Shown: positions 26,101 to 38,100 of the stretch, piece by piece | Layout: the number at the start of each line of letters is the position of its first letter | How positions within the stretch are numbered: position 1 is the stretch's first letter | NCBI GenBank assembly: GCA_000708835.1 | Contig: DF237428.1 | Location: forward strand, 1-64,000 | Length of the DNA: 64,000 bases | Reading direction: 5' to 3' | Origin: Klebsormidium nitens | Lineage: Eukaryota > Plantae > Klebsormidiophyceae | The notes under the pieces: model-generated | What the model was told of the DNA's origin: nothing | The model's input: the letters and a program-made list of their open reading frames with translations, nothing else | The model's database searches: none | Made by a program: the position numbers and the translations under genes

Positions 26101-29100
26101 TGCTGGAGATGCGCGCAAAATGCAGGAAGGTGCGCACGCGCGCTCTTTCAAATTAGCTTTATCAGCGCGGCCAGCCTTTGTCCGGCCTGATGATTTGCAG
26201 GAGAAGCCCGTGGAAATGGCGGAGCTTGAGGCGCGGGTGCGCGCGCGCCCGCGGGAAATTACAACGTTTTTGTCTTTTTCTGTGCGGTCTTGCCGTCAAC
26301 TGGAACTCGACGATCCTTCTTTGTGCAGGTTCAAGCGCTGACGTTGCAGAACGAGTACCAGCTGCGGCTGAAGGACCTCAACCTGAACGAGCGCCTGAAG
26401 GAGCTGACGAAAAAGTACACGTCGGAGGCGGAGGAGGCGCGCGCGCGCCACGTGCTGCTCGCGCAGGAGAAGACGGAGATGGAGGCGGAGTACGAGGAGA
26501 AACTGCGCGCGTTCGAGGAGCGCGCCGCGCAGCAGGCGGCCGCGGTCGAAAACCAGTACCAGCAGAAGCTGATGGGCGAGGTGGAGCGATACCAGCAGCT
26601 CGCGCAGGTGCGGGGTTTTGAGGGTTTGAGGTATTTAAGAAGTTGGTTTTGGACCAGTAAATGGTTAAAGCTTCTGTACGGTCTGGTCGAGAGGGAAGCT
26701 GGCGGATGACAGGAAAGGCTCGCACGAAGCTCCGAAAACTGACGGAACAGAACAAAGTTCGGAGAAAGGTTGTCGCGCATGTCGGTTTTGTTGATTTCGT
26801 GGGAGGAGGAAGGTTTTCTCGACGAGTGATGAAAACAAGACCGCTGTGTGAACGGATACGACATTTGACCAGTTCACATTGCTTCTAACCACTTTCAAAC
26901 ACTCAGTACCGCTCATTTTCATTTTCCAAGCCATCTTCACAAAGTTCCATTGCATCCTCGTTATCCCCATTCCGTTGTTCCGCCTTTTTGCAGGAAAAAG
27001 AGCTGGTAAACGAGCGGTGGGAACAGCAGAATGTGCTGCTGGCGGACAGTCACGAGCGCGTCATCGCGGAGCTTTCGAACACCTTTAATCATATACCTTT
27101 AACACGCTTTCCGCCGTTCCACCGCTCCGCAGGAGAAAGAGCTGGTGAACGAGCGGTGGGAGCAGCAGAACGGGCTGCTAGCGGACAGCCACGAGCGCGT
27201 AATCGCAGAAGTAACGGAAGAGTACGAGGCGAAGCTGGGCGAGGAGCGGCTCCAAGCGGAAAAGCTGGCGGCGGAGCGCGACGCGGCCGCGAAGGAGTAC
27301 GAGGAGACGAAGCGCCAGATGGAGGAGGACGCGGACCGCGAGATCGAGGTGCTCAAGGAGAGGTGAGAGCGCGCGCGCGCGGTGCGGGGTTTCAGAGTTT
27401 GGGGTTTTGGGGTTTGAGCAAAGTTGCGAAACGGTGTGCTGTCTGGTTGACGGAAGCTCCTAAGTGAAGGGCCGCCAGCATGCGGACGCAGAGCGCAAGA
27501 TCATCCTGCACAAGGTGTTGAGCGCGCGCGCGCGCGTGCCTCCGATGTTGTAGAAGCCCGGTGAACCCTTTGTTTCGTCAAAAGAGTCTTTTGAAGGCTT
27601 ATTCTGGCTCTGCGCGTCATCTGAAATCAGAAGCTCGCCAACGTGGTTCGGCCAGGTTAGGGCAGGGATGTCAAGGAATGGAAAGCCCGAGATTACCCGA
27701 ACGTGTATTCGTACGCGGGTTCGTGCTCGGAAGCTTTCACCTTCATATTGGCGTAGGCCACGCATGTCCAGGCGGAATCGCACGGGCAAGGCTTTCATGG
27801 AATTGCAGTCAAAATCAATGTGATCGAAGCAATCTAAACATTAAACAGCATTTACAGGTGACGTCCGTTAGATCTCAATGCCCTTTTAAAGAAATAGACC
27901 ACTTACTCAACAGATTTTGTTTTCGTATATGATATTGATCCTCGAATCACCCATTCTCGCAGGTATGAGCAGAAGCTGACGCAGGAGCGAGAGGTCGGTC
28001 TGCGGCTGAAGGGCGAGAACGGGATCCTGAAGAAGAAAGCGCTGGCGTTCCAGAAAGATCTCGAGGACCAGAAGGAAGAGATACGGGAGCTCTTTGAGAA
28101 GAAAAAGGATCTTTACCAGACCATTGCCAGTCTGGAGAAGGATATTGCGAGTTTGAAGAAAGAGATTAAGGAACGGGACGAGACGATCGGGGACAAGGAG
28201 AAGCGGATATACGACCTCAAGAAGAAGAACCAGGTGAGAATGAGGGGTTTTGGAGATGTTCTGGGAGTTTCAAGTTTCCCAGCCTTTGTTGGACGCAGCT
28301 TCATGGACTGCAATACGTGCTCGACGGTCTCCCGCAGCATCCTGGCAATAACATGGGTTGCCTCGTTGCGCCAGCGAATATCAACGACTCACGTTGAAGA
28401 TGAGTAGCAAGTCTCCAAAGTGAGCTTCGGTCCTCATTGTTGAGGAGCTTGTAGAGTAAGTTTCCTTGAAGATATCGAATCAAGGCTGAAGATGATAACC
28501 GCACTTGATACTTGCTTAACCTCTACTTACCTTCTTTTTCCCCAGGAGCTCGAAAAATTCAAGTTCGTGCTGGACTACAAGATCAAGGAGCTCAAGAAAC
28601 AGATCGACCCGCGGGAGCAGGAGATCCAGGACATGAAGGACCAGGTCAGGCGCTTAACCCCTTTTTCTTAGCCTGCATAACCGGAGTTATTCCTACAGTG
28701 AAAACACGGCTTCACTCTTTGTCGAATTCAAAAGATCCCCTGGAAGAACATTTTTCTGCTCGGACTCAACGCCTTCCGATTAAGAGCGGATACGACAACG
28801 ATTGAACACCTTTTTCTGACAGCTTGGTCGTGGATAAAAGGACGAAGGTTTCGGTCCTCTTTGAAGGTTAGCTCTGGGGCAAACAAATCTCTTGGAAACC
28901 TGGTTGCTTCACGAAGTAACTTTGAAGCCACGCCCTCGAAAGCATCTTCGGGTGTCCTGTTTGCCAAACTGTCAGCCGGACTTTCCGCTTCGGCTAGTCT
29001 GATCAAAGGCTTTGTCCGAGTAACTGACTCCGAACCTGTCCCTTCTCCTATCTCTAAATATCGGGATTAATAACTCGCATCACTTTGGAATCCTCAAGTG

Positions 29101-31513
29101 ACAACCCTCGCTGCTTAACCCCGCAGGTTAAGGACATGGACGGTGAGCTGGAGAAGTACCACAAGCAGAACGGCGCGCTCGATCTAGTTGTCGGCGAGCT
29201 GAAGCTCAAGATCGACGGCCTGCAAAAGGAGGTCGCGGGCGCGCGGCAAGCGCTCGCGGATGCGCGCGCGCTCGTGCAGCGGTTCCACCACGACCTCTCC
29301 GAGGTGGCGCATCACATACAGGTGCGCAAAGAAAGAGCTCTCAAATGCCCTCGCGTAAATAAGGTTAGTGTCTTGGGATAAGCAGGACAGGAAACTGCAC
29401 CCCGGGTGTGGACCACATACTTCATCGCTAGAAACAATAGATTCTTTTGGAGCTAGTTCTAAAAAATAGTGAGTAGAGCATGGCTCTTTCAATGTTTCGA
29501 AGAGCAAAGCTTGGCTATGGCAACGAAGGGCAACAACTCCTTTAAAAGAGAAACTTGGGCAACGCCGCGTAACGACCCACGTCGAACCTTCAGCACATTC
29601 CCCGCTCAAAGCGTTTTTCGTGGCGTCGTCCGGTCATTTTCAAGTCCATTATAAGTTCGTCAAAGCCTTTGGATTCGCGGCCGCCACATCATGTCGCGCC
29701 AGACCAGAAAAGTGGAGATCTGTTCTCAACTCCGCGCCCCGCGGCCGCGCAGGACCCGAAGGCGCTGAAGGAGGCGGTGAAGCTGCTGTACCAGAAGCAC
29801 GTGACGGAGGCCATCAAGCCGGTCGAGCTGGACGCGGACATCCTGCTGGAGTACGGCCGCCAGCGGGAGTACCTCGAGAGAACGGTGCGCGCGCGCGCGC
29901 GCTATTGCTCCCCTCCTTGGCTCTTCAGATCGTACGCCGCTTTCTGGGGGCCTCTAACGAATGACGGATGCGCCACTTTATCGCTCGTGCCGGTTTTGTC
30001 GCCGGGAAGCTCTGTTGTTGCGTTTTCTTGATAAGAGACGCTGTATGCGAGATCGCCATCAGAATTCATGGATGGGTCACCAAACACAAAGTAATCTCCG
30101 ATGCCCAAATGCACCACTGCCAAAAGCTAGCAAAGCCCTCCATTGCTTTTCGTAAGCGACGCAAACCCAACATAGCATTTTGAAGCCTCAGTGGCCCTTC
30201 ACATACTCTGACGGGTATTGGTATAAGAGCTTTCAAAATTTTCTCAAAACAATGGTCGATTCTCAGGTGGAGGGCCTGAAGAAGAAGCTGACGAAGGACA
30301 GCGAGATGCACAAGGTGGAGAACGGGCGCATCATGATGGAGAACGTGAGCCTCATCAAGGAGATCAACGAGCTGCGCCGCGAATGCAAGATCCTCAAGGT
30401 GAGCCGTACGCGATGCGCGGGCCGCATACGAGATGCTTGCTCCTCGAACAAATATCATAACCCAGTGGGCGGTGGCAAGATTGTCGGCAAAAGGAAAAAG
30501 ATTCGTGGCGAGACTGATTTGGATCAGGCTTCCTTTCAGATCAGGCTTTCTTTCATAGTTTCCACATGTAACTGATCCAGAGAGACAGCGTCAAAACTAA
30601 GTCCCTGCTTCCGCCCAAAAGCAACGTTCATCTTTTGATCCTCTGTGCCGCGCTCTTATTACTAACCACCCAAAATCTCGGCTAAACCCTTTGCCTTAAC
30701 GCGTTTGCCCAGGCCGCGGCGCGCACCAAGCGCGACTCCAAGGAGAACGAGCTGGAGACCTCCCCGAGCTCCCAATCGCTCGCGAGCGGCGCGAGCGCGG
30801 CCGCCCGAAAGAGCGGGCTGCTGTCGCCCAGCATGAAGAACGACCTTCTAGTGCGCGAGGTCGAGGCGCTGCGCGTGGAGGTCACGCAGCTGCGCGAGCA
30901 GCTCGCGGAGCGGCAGGCGCGCGTGGAGGAGCTGCAGCGGGCACAGGTGCGCGAGCGCATCTGCGTGGCCGCACTCCCTCTAATCTGGGCATAAATTGTC
31001 GATATATCGGTGTCTAGCAAAACCTCAAACAATTTGCTGCCTTTTGAAAGATTCGCTCGGTTGCCAATTGTAGTCATCTAGACCTTTGAGTGAGGTTTCT
31101 TCCATTTCTAGAGTCGATATGCAAGCTAGATAGTCTGCACTCTCTAATTGAACTTAGACCGACCAGCTCCTGTATACGCATCGGGTCGCTACATTTTTCC
31201 ACTTTCTTATCTTGTTCACCACTCTCAATCTCAGAATGATCATCCTCTTCAAAAGCCCTTGCCTGACAGGCCCCTGATCAATGACGTCATCGTACACTGA
31301 CCCGCTTCTTGCCACGTGTCTGTTCCGCAGGCGATCAACGAGTCGGTGCAGCGGCGGCCCAAGTCGCGGGAGCTCCTACCGCCCATGGACGGCTTCAATA
31401 CCGTTCCGGTTCCGCTCTCCTCGCAGCCAGCGGAGCGGCCGCCTTCAATCCCACTCCCACCGAAACCCCCGACACCCAAAGTTTCGGAGATTGTGAGCTC
31501 AGAGCAGCAATAA
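17130..31513 (+). CDS. CFAP57: Cilia- and flagella-associated protein 57 (WDR65/FAP57): WD40 repeats plus long C-terminal coiled coil, 19 exons
   Basis: Exons 17130-17558, 18705-[gap]-19439, 20352-20585, 21006-21146, 21556-21729, 22289-22457, 23361-23578, 24271-24492, 25311-25422, 25783-26036, 26329-26607, 27133-27362, 27963-28233, 28546-28644, 29127-29321, 29753-29884, 30267-30398, 30713-30946 and 31331-31513 join in frame. Motifs [75 protein letters not shown]. Confidence 0.93.
18195..18704 (+). repeat. Three degenerate copies of the head of CFAP57 exon 2
   Basis: The homologous agtacac/agcaaac anchor lies at 18218, 18385, 18551 and 18736 (live exon). Confidence 0.88.
18799..19317. other. 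Assembly gap (519 N) inside CFAP57 exon 2
   Basis: Run of N; the 33 nt ggaagctgatcgcggcccagggggcgtgccccg occur on both sides. Confidence 0.98.
19865..20351 (+). repeat. Three degenerate copies of the acceptor and head of CFAP57 exon 3
   Basis: ag|AT(T/C)G(C/T)TTT starts at 19875, 20034, 20182 and 20352 (live). Confidence 0.9.
20680..20750 (+). repeat. Copy of the tail and donor of CFAP57 exon 3
   Basis: aggaccgctgcgtggtggcgagcgcgagcgg...gtcgaggggggag|gtaaag; offset 159 bp. Confidence 0.88.
21845..21903 (+). repeat. Copy of the tail and donor of CFAP57 exon 5
   Basis: [18 protein letters not shown]|gtggg vs [18 protein letters not shown]|gtggg; offset 169 bp. Confidence 0.92.
23050..23280 (+). 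repeat. Two copies of the acceptor and head of CFAP57 exon 7
   Basis: cag|GTTTCCAGCT at 23064, 23207 and 23361 (live). Confidence 0.9.
23630..23762 (+). repeat. 117-nt in-frame copy of the tail and donor of CFAP57 exon 7
   Basis: 23641-23757 vs 23462-23578; 38 of 39 amino acids identical. Confidence 0.95.
24590..25030 (+). repeat. Three copies of the tail and donor of CFAP57 exon 8
   Basis: ATCAAG|gt ends at 24492 (live), 24670, 24839 and 25023. Confidence 0.88.
25696..25737 (+). repeat. 21-bp tandem duplication in a CFAP57 intron
   Basis: aaaagcatacgtccgtcaa occurs twice, 21 bp apart. Confidence 0.85.
26975..27075 (+). repeat. Copy of the acceptor and head of CFAP57 exon 12
   Basis: tttgcag|[26 protein letters not shown] vs [26 protein letters not shown]; offset 139 bp. 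Confidence 0.93.
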
Positions 31514-32160
31514 GCTGTGGTCGTACCAAGATACAGCATAAGCGATGGGCCACTGGTTAGGCTTTGTGAGTCAAACTTTTGGTCCTTGACTGTGGGCGGC
31601 TCATTCTCAAACCCTCAGATTCCACATTGAGATTCACGACGTACGTTGGTAGCCCGTCGATGCGGTTCTGTGGAGCCGGCCGACTTCTCTTGTTTACCAC
31701 AGGTATATGTGAAGAGGCGGTGTATGTGGAGTCTCAGTGACATTTAAAAGATAGGGTTCTCTTGTGCAGGTAAATGATGGGTGACGTAGCCACACGACAA
31801 GATAACGGTCATCCGTTATCGCAGGATCTATCATTGATTCTGGTATACACATGACAAGCAGTGTTTTATCAACGTTGTATCTATATGAATCCTAATGGTG
31901 AAACGCAAGTGCCTCAATGCCATTGAACAGGTATTACTACTGAGATTGAAGTTGCATGTGGTTCGTGGCTTCCAGCCTGTCGAATTGCCACCAGATCCAT
32001 CTATTCGAGTTAACTTCATGCGTGCTGGTGTCGATGAACACGATGGCTTTTATATGCTGTTAACTAAACTTATAGTCTGACTTCTGTACTCGTATGTCTT
32101 GATAGCCAGGCATCTCTCCTACGCAACCTCAACGCACATACTCTGCATAATTCCGAAGGC

Positions 32161-35100
32161 TTAGAGTTGAACAGTCAGTGAAGCTGAGCTTTGCTTGTCT
32201 TGGTAGACGCCAACGAGGGTCCGTGCCAACTCGTAGACCTCCGGCTTGTGCGAAACGACGATGTACTGGGCTGTATTTTGCTCCTGCACCGTGAGGTATC
32301 CCGAGTTCTTCGTTTAAGTTGAGCTTTACTTGCTTCGCGATCATTCATGCACCTGTACAACTTCCCGGATCTTGTTGCTAGCGTTTCCACACCTGACGTT
32401 ATTAACAACTTCTAAGCATTTCTTTCCATCGGAAAAGGATGTGCAAAGCTGCGAATGCATGCTGGTGTCCTACTCAAACCTGTAGCAGTGCTCTTCAGAA
32501 TCCAATGTGCCAGGCTGCTCACCCTGATATACTCAGCAATGAGGCGGGCATTTTTGGTGTCGAGGGACCCGTCGATCTCGTCGAAGAAGTAGAAAGGAGA
32601 CGGAAAGACAGCTTGCAAGCTGAACGACAGGGCCAATGCGGCCAGAGCTTGCTGACCACCAGAGAGAGTCGAGAAGTTCCGCCATTTGTGGCGGTCGGGT
32701 CGGACTGCATCCAAACGGCGGCAGATTTTGGTTTTAAGCGATCGAGGGGACGTTTAGCTTTAGATGCTCAGCTGAGACCACCTGTCAAGGAGATCAACTG
32801 ATGAGAGGTCTCTGCGCGCGACCCACTCAGAAGACGCAAATTCCTACATATATTCAACACGATTCCCTGTCAATGAAAGGGCATATCAGTCTCTTACCGA
32901 GCAAGGAGACCCCGTCGGCAAACAGCACGCTCTTGTCTTCCGTGTAGCTGAGGTACGCATCCCCGTGTCTGGTGAGCTTCCGGTAGATGCTGGATAATTG
33001 CTGGTTCACCTGCGTGGTTTGGGAGAACCTCAGCTTTCGGGCAAGGATTTCCTCCGAACGGGACTACATTGGAAAATTTTGGACTTCCCTTTCGTCTTGC
33101 CAAAAACGTGTCGAAATTCAGCGCAAGCATGTGCGGTTGCACATCTACTTTGACTCCCACGAGCTCAAACTTCATCTTACGTTCACAAGTTCCTCCGCAC
33201 AGCACGTACCTGCGTCATGGTGCTCACGAACGCTTCGAAGCGCTGGTTCTCCAAGCTGTCTCTCTGGCTTATTGCACTCTGCAGCTCCAGGCTTAGCTTT
33301 TCCAGCCGCTGCGAAGTAGTCGCAAGGGTTTTTCTGCAGCACACGTCTCTTTGAAGAGCGTCTGGATCGATTGATCTGCAAATAATTGGGATGGAAGTTA
33401 ATGAGCAAGCCCCACTGCATCATCCCGTCTTGCCAGAACGATGTCACTTGCTTTATCAGAGTCAGGGTCAGCCAAATCTTATATTCTTGTTCCAAACAAG
33501 GCCTCGCCTGCCATCTCTTAATCCTCGGCCTCCATTTCAACGATTTCAGGTCTCTTTAACGATTTATCGAATCAACTCGACCGAGTTCATTCAGCCAGCC
33601 GTTTCTATTCTCCATGTTGTTTCTTCAAATCTTCACCTTTTCATGTTGGCCAGTTCCTCTTCTTCCTCTGCCAACTTCGTTAGTCTGTCGGCCAGCGTTT
33701 CGGTGTCGCTATCTTCTGATTCTGCTGGGTCAGGGGCGTTTACACGGTCCCGATCGTCGGTGTCCGGGTCGCCTTGCGGTTTTTGCCGCTTCGTGGGAGG
33801 AATCTCTGGCACGCAGACAAGCGCTTGCTCTAGTCTAGCAAGCTTCTCTGCTGCCATGGCCCGTTCCGCCAGCAGGTCAGCTAGCTCCTCCTCCGTCTTG
33901 CTCTGGAAGAAGGCGAAAGGCGGGCTTCGTCAGGTTAGGCACGGTTTCTGTCCATAAATGACCAGAATAGTAGTGCTTAAAGGGAAAATTGACGAGTGAG
34001 CGCCAATGAATTTTGAGCTGTTATTGCAAGTTTAGAATGTACTGCCTGGAGTACGCTATTAAGTTCCTCACCTTCTCCAGTCGAACCTTCTCCAGGTCCC
34101 TTATCGCACTGCTCACAGCTTTGTTGGCCTCCAGTTGCCGCCTTTGCAAAGCCTCCCTCTCGTGTTCTCTGGAAAGCATAACATAGTTCGTATTCGCGCC
34201 TCAGGACTTTCGGTTATCAACATGTATATCGTTCGAAATCCTCCAGCGACTGAAAGTGACCATTTATTGCTCACAAAAAAGAAGATGGAGAAGCCAACAA
34301 CGCGTGTGTTCCCATCACTTACAGATTCTTGCTTTCGTCTTCGACCGCTTTCGCCTCTGAATTCAATCGTTCAAGCTTCTCCTTGGTTGCCTCCACCCTT
34401 GCAACGACTTCTCCAGATTCTCGCTTCGGGTCCCATGAAGTTTCTTCTTCTAACAAGTCAAGCAACCGGGCTTCGAGGTATTGAATCCTGGAGCGCCTCT
34501 TTCTGACATCACTCCTGCTTTTGCGGAGCTTTGAAGCCGTGTGTTGTAGTCTCTGTTCTAATGCAGAGACTTCTGGGTCATCGCCATGTGCCTCGGATTC
34601 CTGGTATGCTTGAGCAAGAGATTCTCTTTCTGTCCCCACTTCGCTCAATTCTTGTTGACAGCGATCAGCAGAACTGCTTTCCTTAGCGGCTTTTGCCTTG
34701 CAATCTGCTGCTTCCTTTTGAAGCGCAGCCAGCTTCTTCTGCATCTGACTCGCAGTATTGTTCTTCAGACGGAGATCTGATTGCTCTCTTTGTCGTTCCA
34801 AAACCCGTATTGCTCCTTGTAGCGCTTTTGCATTCTGTTCTTCTTGAGTGACCTCTGCTTCCTTGGCAGCAACCTGACGCTTGAGTGTGTCGATATGTTT
34901 CAAGAGTTCCTCTTTACGAGTTGTCGTTTGATCTGTCGCTGGTAGGAGAACTGGAGTCGCTCTAGATCCAACAGTTGTGCCCATAAAGTACTTACTCGAG
35001 CCTGTGGCAGTCTTGCATGACCCCTTTGACACTTCACCATCCTGTAAGGTCAACCGTAATTGGTTCAGTTAGTTGTTTGACTCGCTTGATTTTGCGGTTC

Positions 35101-38100
35101 TGGGGTTACTAGTGGGAACAAGCACTTGCATTGGCTTGGCGTGAGGACTAACAACACGTCTAACATCTGAAACGGAGCCTTGTTTTTTTACCCGCATTAC
35201 ATCGGCGGGCATTTCTGACCTCTCGGAGATGAAGGCAGGGGTTCCGGAACGCACCTTCTTGAAGATTTCTCCCGAGAGGGTCACGATATTGAAGGGCTTC
35301 ATTCTCCTTGCCTCCGCTGACTCTAAGATTCTCACTGCTTGTAGAGAATTTGAAACGACAACCCAGTTGCCGAAATACTTGTTCACGATTGGCTGAAACT
35401 TGTCGAACGAATGAACTTTGGAAGCCAATGGGGTTGCATGAGGTCCCAGAGAAATTGCTGACAAAGGCCTTGGGTCTGGCAGCTCCGCCAGAATGTCACA
35501 AGACGCTAGCCCAATCCGGTTGGCCTTAAAGTACTCAAGCACCTGACTTGCCGTGTGCCGGTCCTCGGTGATGAAACTGCAAAGCAATCACATGCGATCG
35601 AAGGAGGACTGACACTGGTGCACAAATTTAGTTCGAAAGATTCTAAGCGTGCTCTAACGTATTTCAACGTCATGTGGTTTCCCTGAATGTGATCTTCTGA
35701 GGCATCTAAATGCTAGGTTGCATAAAATGGAAGAAAAAAGCATGATCAGAACCTATAGCGGATCGATCTTTGTGTTCTGACCTCGAAGAAAGATTCATGC
35801 TGGAAAAGAGAACCGCATTGACCGCCGTGAGAAACTCTTGGGGCGCCGCCGCTACGTCTTGAATTCTGCCGAAGAAAGATCCGCCGAAGCAGGTTCTCAG
35901 GTCCGACGCCGCTTCGTCAAACCTCCGGAATCGATCGTCCTCTGAAGTTGCAGCTCTTTCCTTTTGATGCTGCACTGCACTGAGTCTGACCTGCAAGAGA
36001 TGTTTAGCCTGATTTCCTGACTGATGTTAGTTAAAAATTTCGTTCATGAACACGTGACCTTACTGAACCTTTTGGCATTCTGCGCGATGGTGGACCCTTC
36101 ATATGGCCTGAACTGGTGACAGGGCAACATAATAGTCTTCTAGCCCCAATTGCCTGATGTTTATTCCGCCACTTCTCGCGACGTGCGTCTGGGACCTGAA
36201 ACACTTTCTTGAAACCAAGAGGAGGCTCGTATGCTCACCTCTAGATCCGTCAACTCCCCTTTCAAGGCGGGAAGCACAGCAGTGTTCTTTCTTGCTAGTT
36301 CTCCTTCCAACCGCGCAAGTTCCTGGGTCACCCTGGCCTTTTCATCGATTGTTGAGACGTTCTCCGCAAGTGTCACTGTGACCAACTTTTCCAAGTGCTT
36401 CATCTGCAACAAAGGGATCAACAGCATTACGTGTTACCTCTTCCTAGTAAGTCATGATCAGCCAGGTTTGTCCCTGATTGCACATTGAAATTGTTGAAAT
36501 GAGCGAGTTTAACCACAGGATATATCGATGCTCTAGGAAGACAAACATTCGCCTGTGAGTATTGAGGCAGAAATTTTTGACGATTGCGGCGGTGTTACCT
36601 CTTCGTGAAGGGTGCTCAACCGTTTCCGTTCTGCCTCTTGCTTCTTAAACAACTCGTTCAACCGGCTCTGCAAGGAAAAATAAGCATGATGAGATAGTTG
36701 CACGAGGAAAGAATCTGGTGTTTTGCTTGAGAAAGTGGCGGAGATGCTTGGAAGCACTTTTCAACATGTTGATTTGGTAGTTGGGGCAGCAGATTTACCT
36801 GCAGGCTGTGTGCACGTTTGTCGATTGCCGCAATCTTATTTCCCATCACATCCAGCTCTATGCGGCTGCCTCTTGCTTGATCAGCATATTTGTCGTGTTT
36901 CCTAAGCTGCATCTCAAGTTCCTGACACGTTTCCTCCGCTTCAGCTATATCCAATGAGGATGCTTCGAGACATTTCCTCTCTCCTTCCAGTTCTGCTTCC
37001 CACTTCTCTCGCTTCTTCGCTCGGCTTTGTTTCTGCTTTTCTTGTAGGAGTCTCTTAGAACGTGCTTCTTTTTCGGCTTCGGAAAGCTGCACCTGCAAGT
37101 TTGACGCCAGTAGAAACCACCGTTTTACGTTTCCACTTCGAAAATTAGCTAGCTCTGGAGAAACGTTGTTGAAGCAAATTCAATTGGATTCTGCTGTGTT
37201 TCTTGGGTGGGCCAGCTTGTAGCATGTGCTTCTTCATCTCCTTACAGCACTACAGATATTGGTCCTAATGCACAGCGTTGCGCGCTCACCTCGGCTTTCA
37301 CGACCTGGAGCTTCAGGTGCTCCAGAGACTTGTTAAGGTCCTTCAGGTGCTTGTGATGATCTTCCAAATTGCGTCGGAGCTTTTTTTCCGTTGCTTGCGC
37401 TTGGAACAAGAGTTTTCGTCCATCCTGTCTGTGAAGTCAAGGAATGGCATGTCGTGTGTTTCTGTTCAAGGCCAACGACTTGCAGTGAGAGAGAGGAAAC
37501 TTGACGTTCAAATACCACAATTGTATGCGAACGCAGAGGGAACATGATACCTTCTCTGCGTTCTCAACTTTTAGCAGCCTTGCTTCGTCCGTATCGACAG
37601 ACTTGTTCAGGTGAGCCATCCGGGTGTTGATAGCTTCGGCTTGTGCTTTGAAGAGCTTGTTCTGTATATGAGTAGATGAAGATAGGAAGAGGAACCCGAT
37701 CAGCTGTCGTATAACTATCGTGCTCGTAGAGGTACGTCAGACGCTTGCTTCAACAGGGTTTCTTCGCAAAGAGATCAAACATTTTTAGCAAGTCACCCAT
37801 CCCCAGTCGAAGGGAACGAAGCTTACCCTCTTTTGTCTGAAGTCGACCATCCGAGAGTTGTACCTGATCGCAACAAAAAGTAGGAATGAGTTGGGTCTCA
37901 AAAATGGTCTTTAGTGATGCGACTTTGCGTGCAGCAAGTCAATCATCTTTCGCATCAATGGACGAGAAAAGTTTTTCATGGTCGTGCAGCCAATATTGTT
38001 GGGATCCGTACCTTTCCCACTTCTGCACCTGAGGAAGAAGCTGCTCTCGCTCCTCCTCGATTAAGGAAACGTCTCCGTGACAAGCCTCAATCTGCTCCGT

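Noticed and set aside
17559-30712. Echoes as ordinary mutually exclusive tandem exons
   Set aside because: Each copy covers only the head or tail of the exon, usually has just one splice site, and several carry indels or stops.
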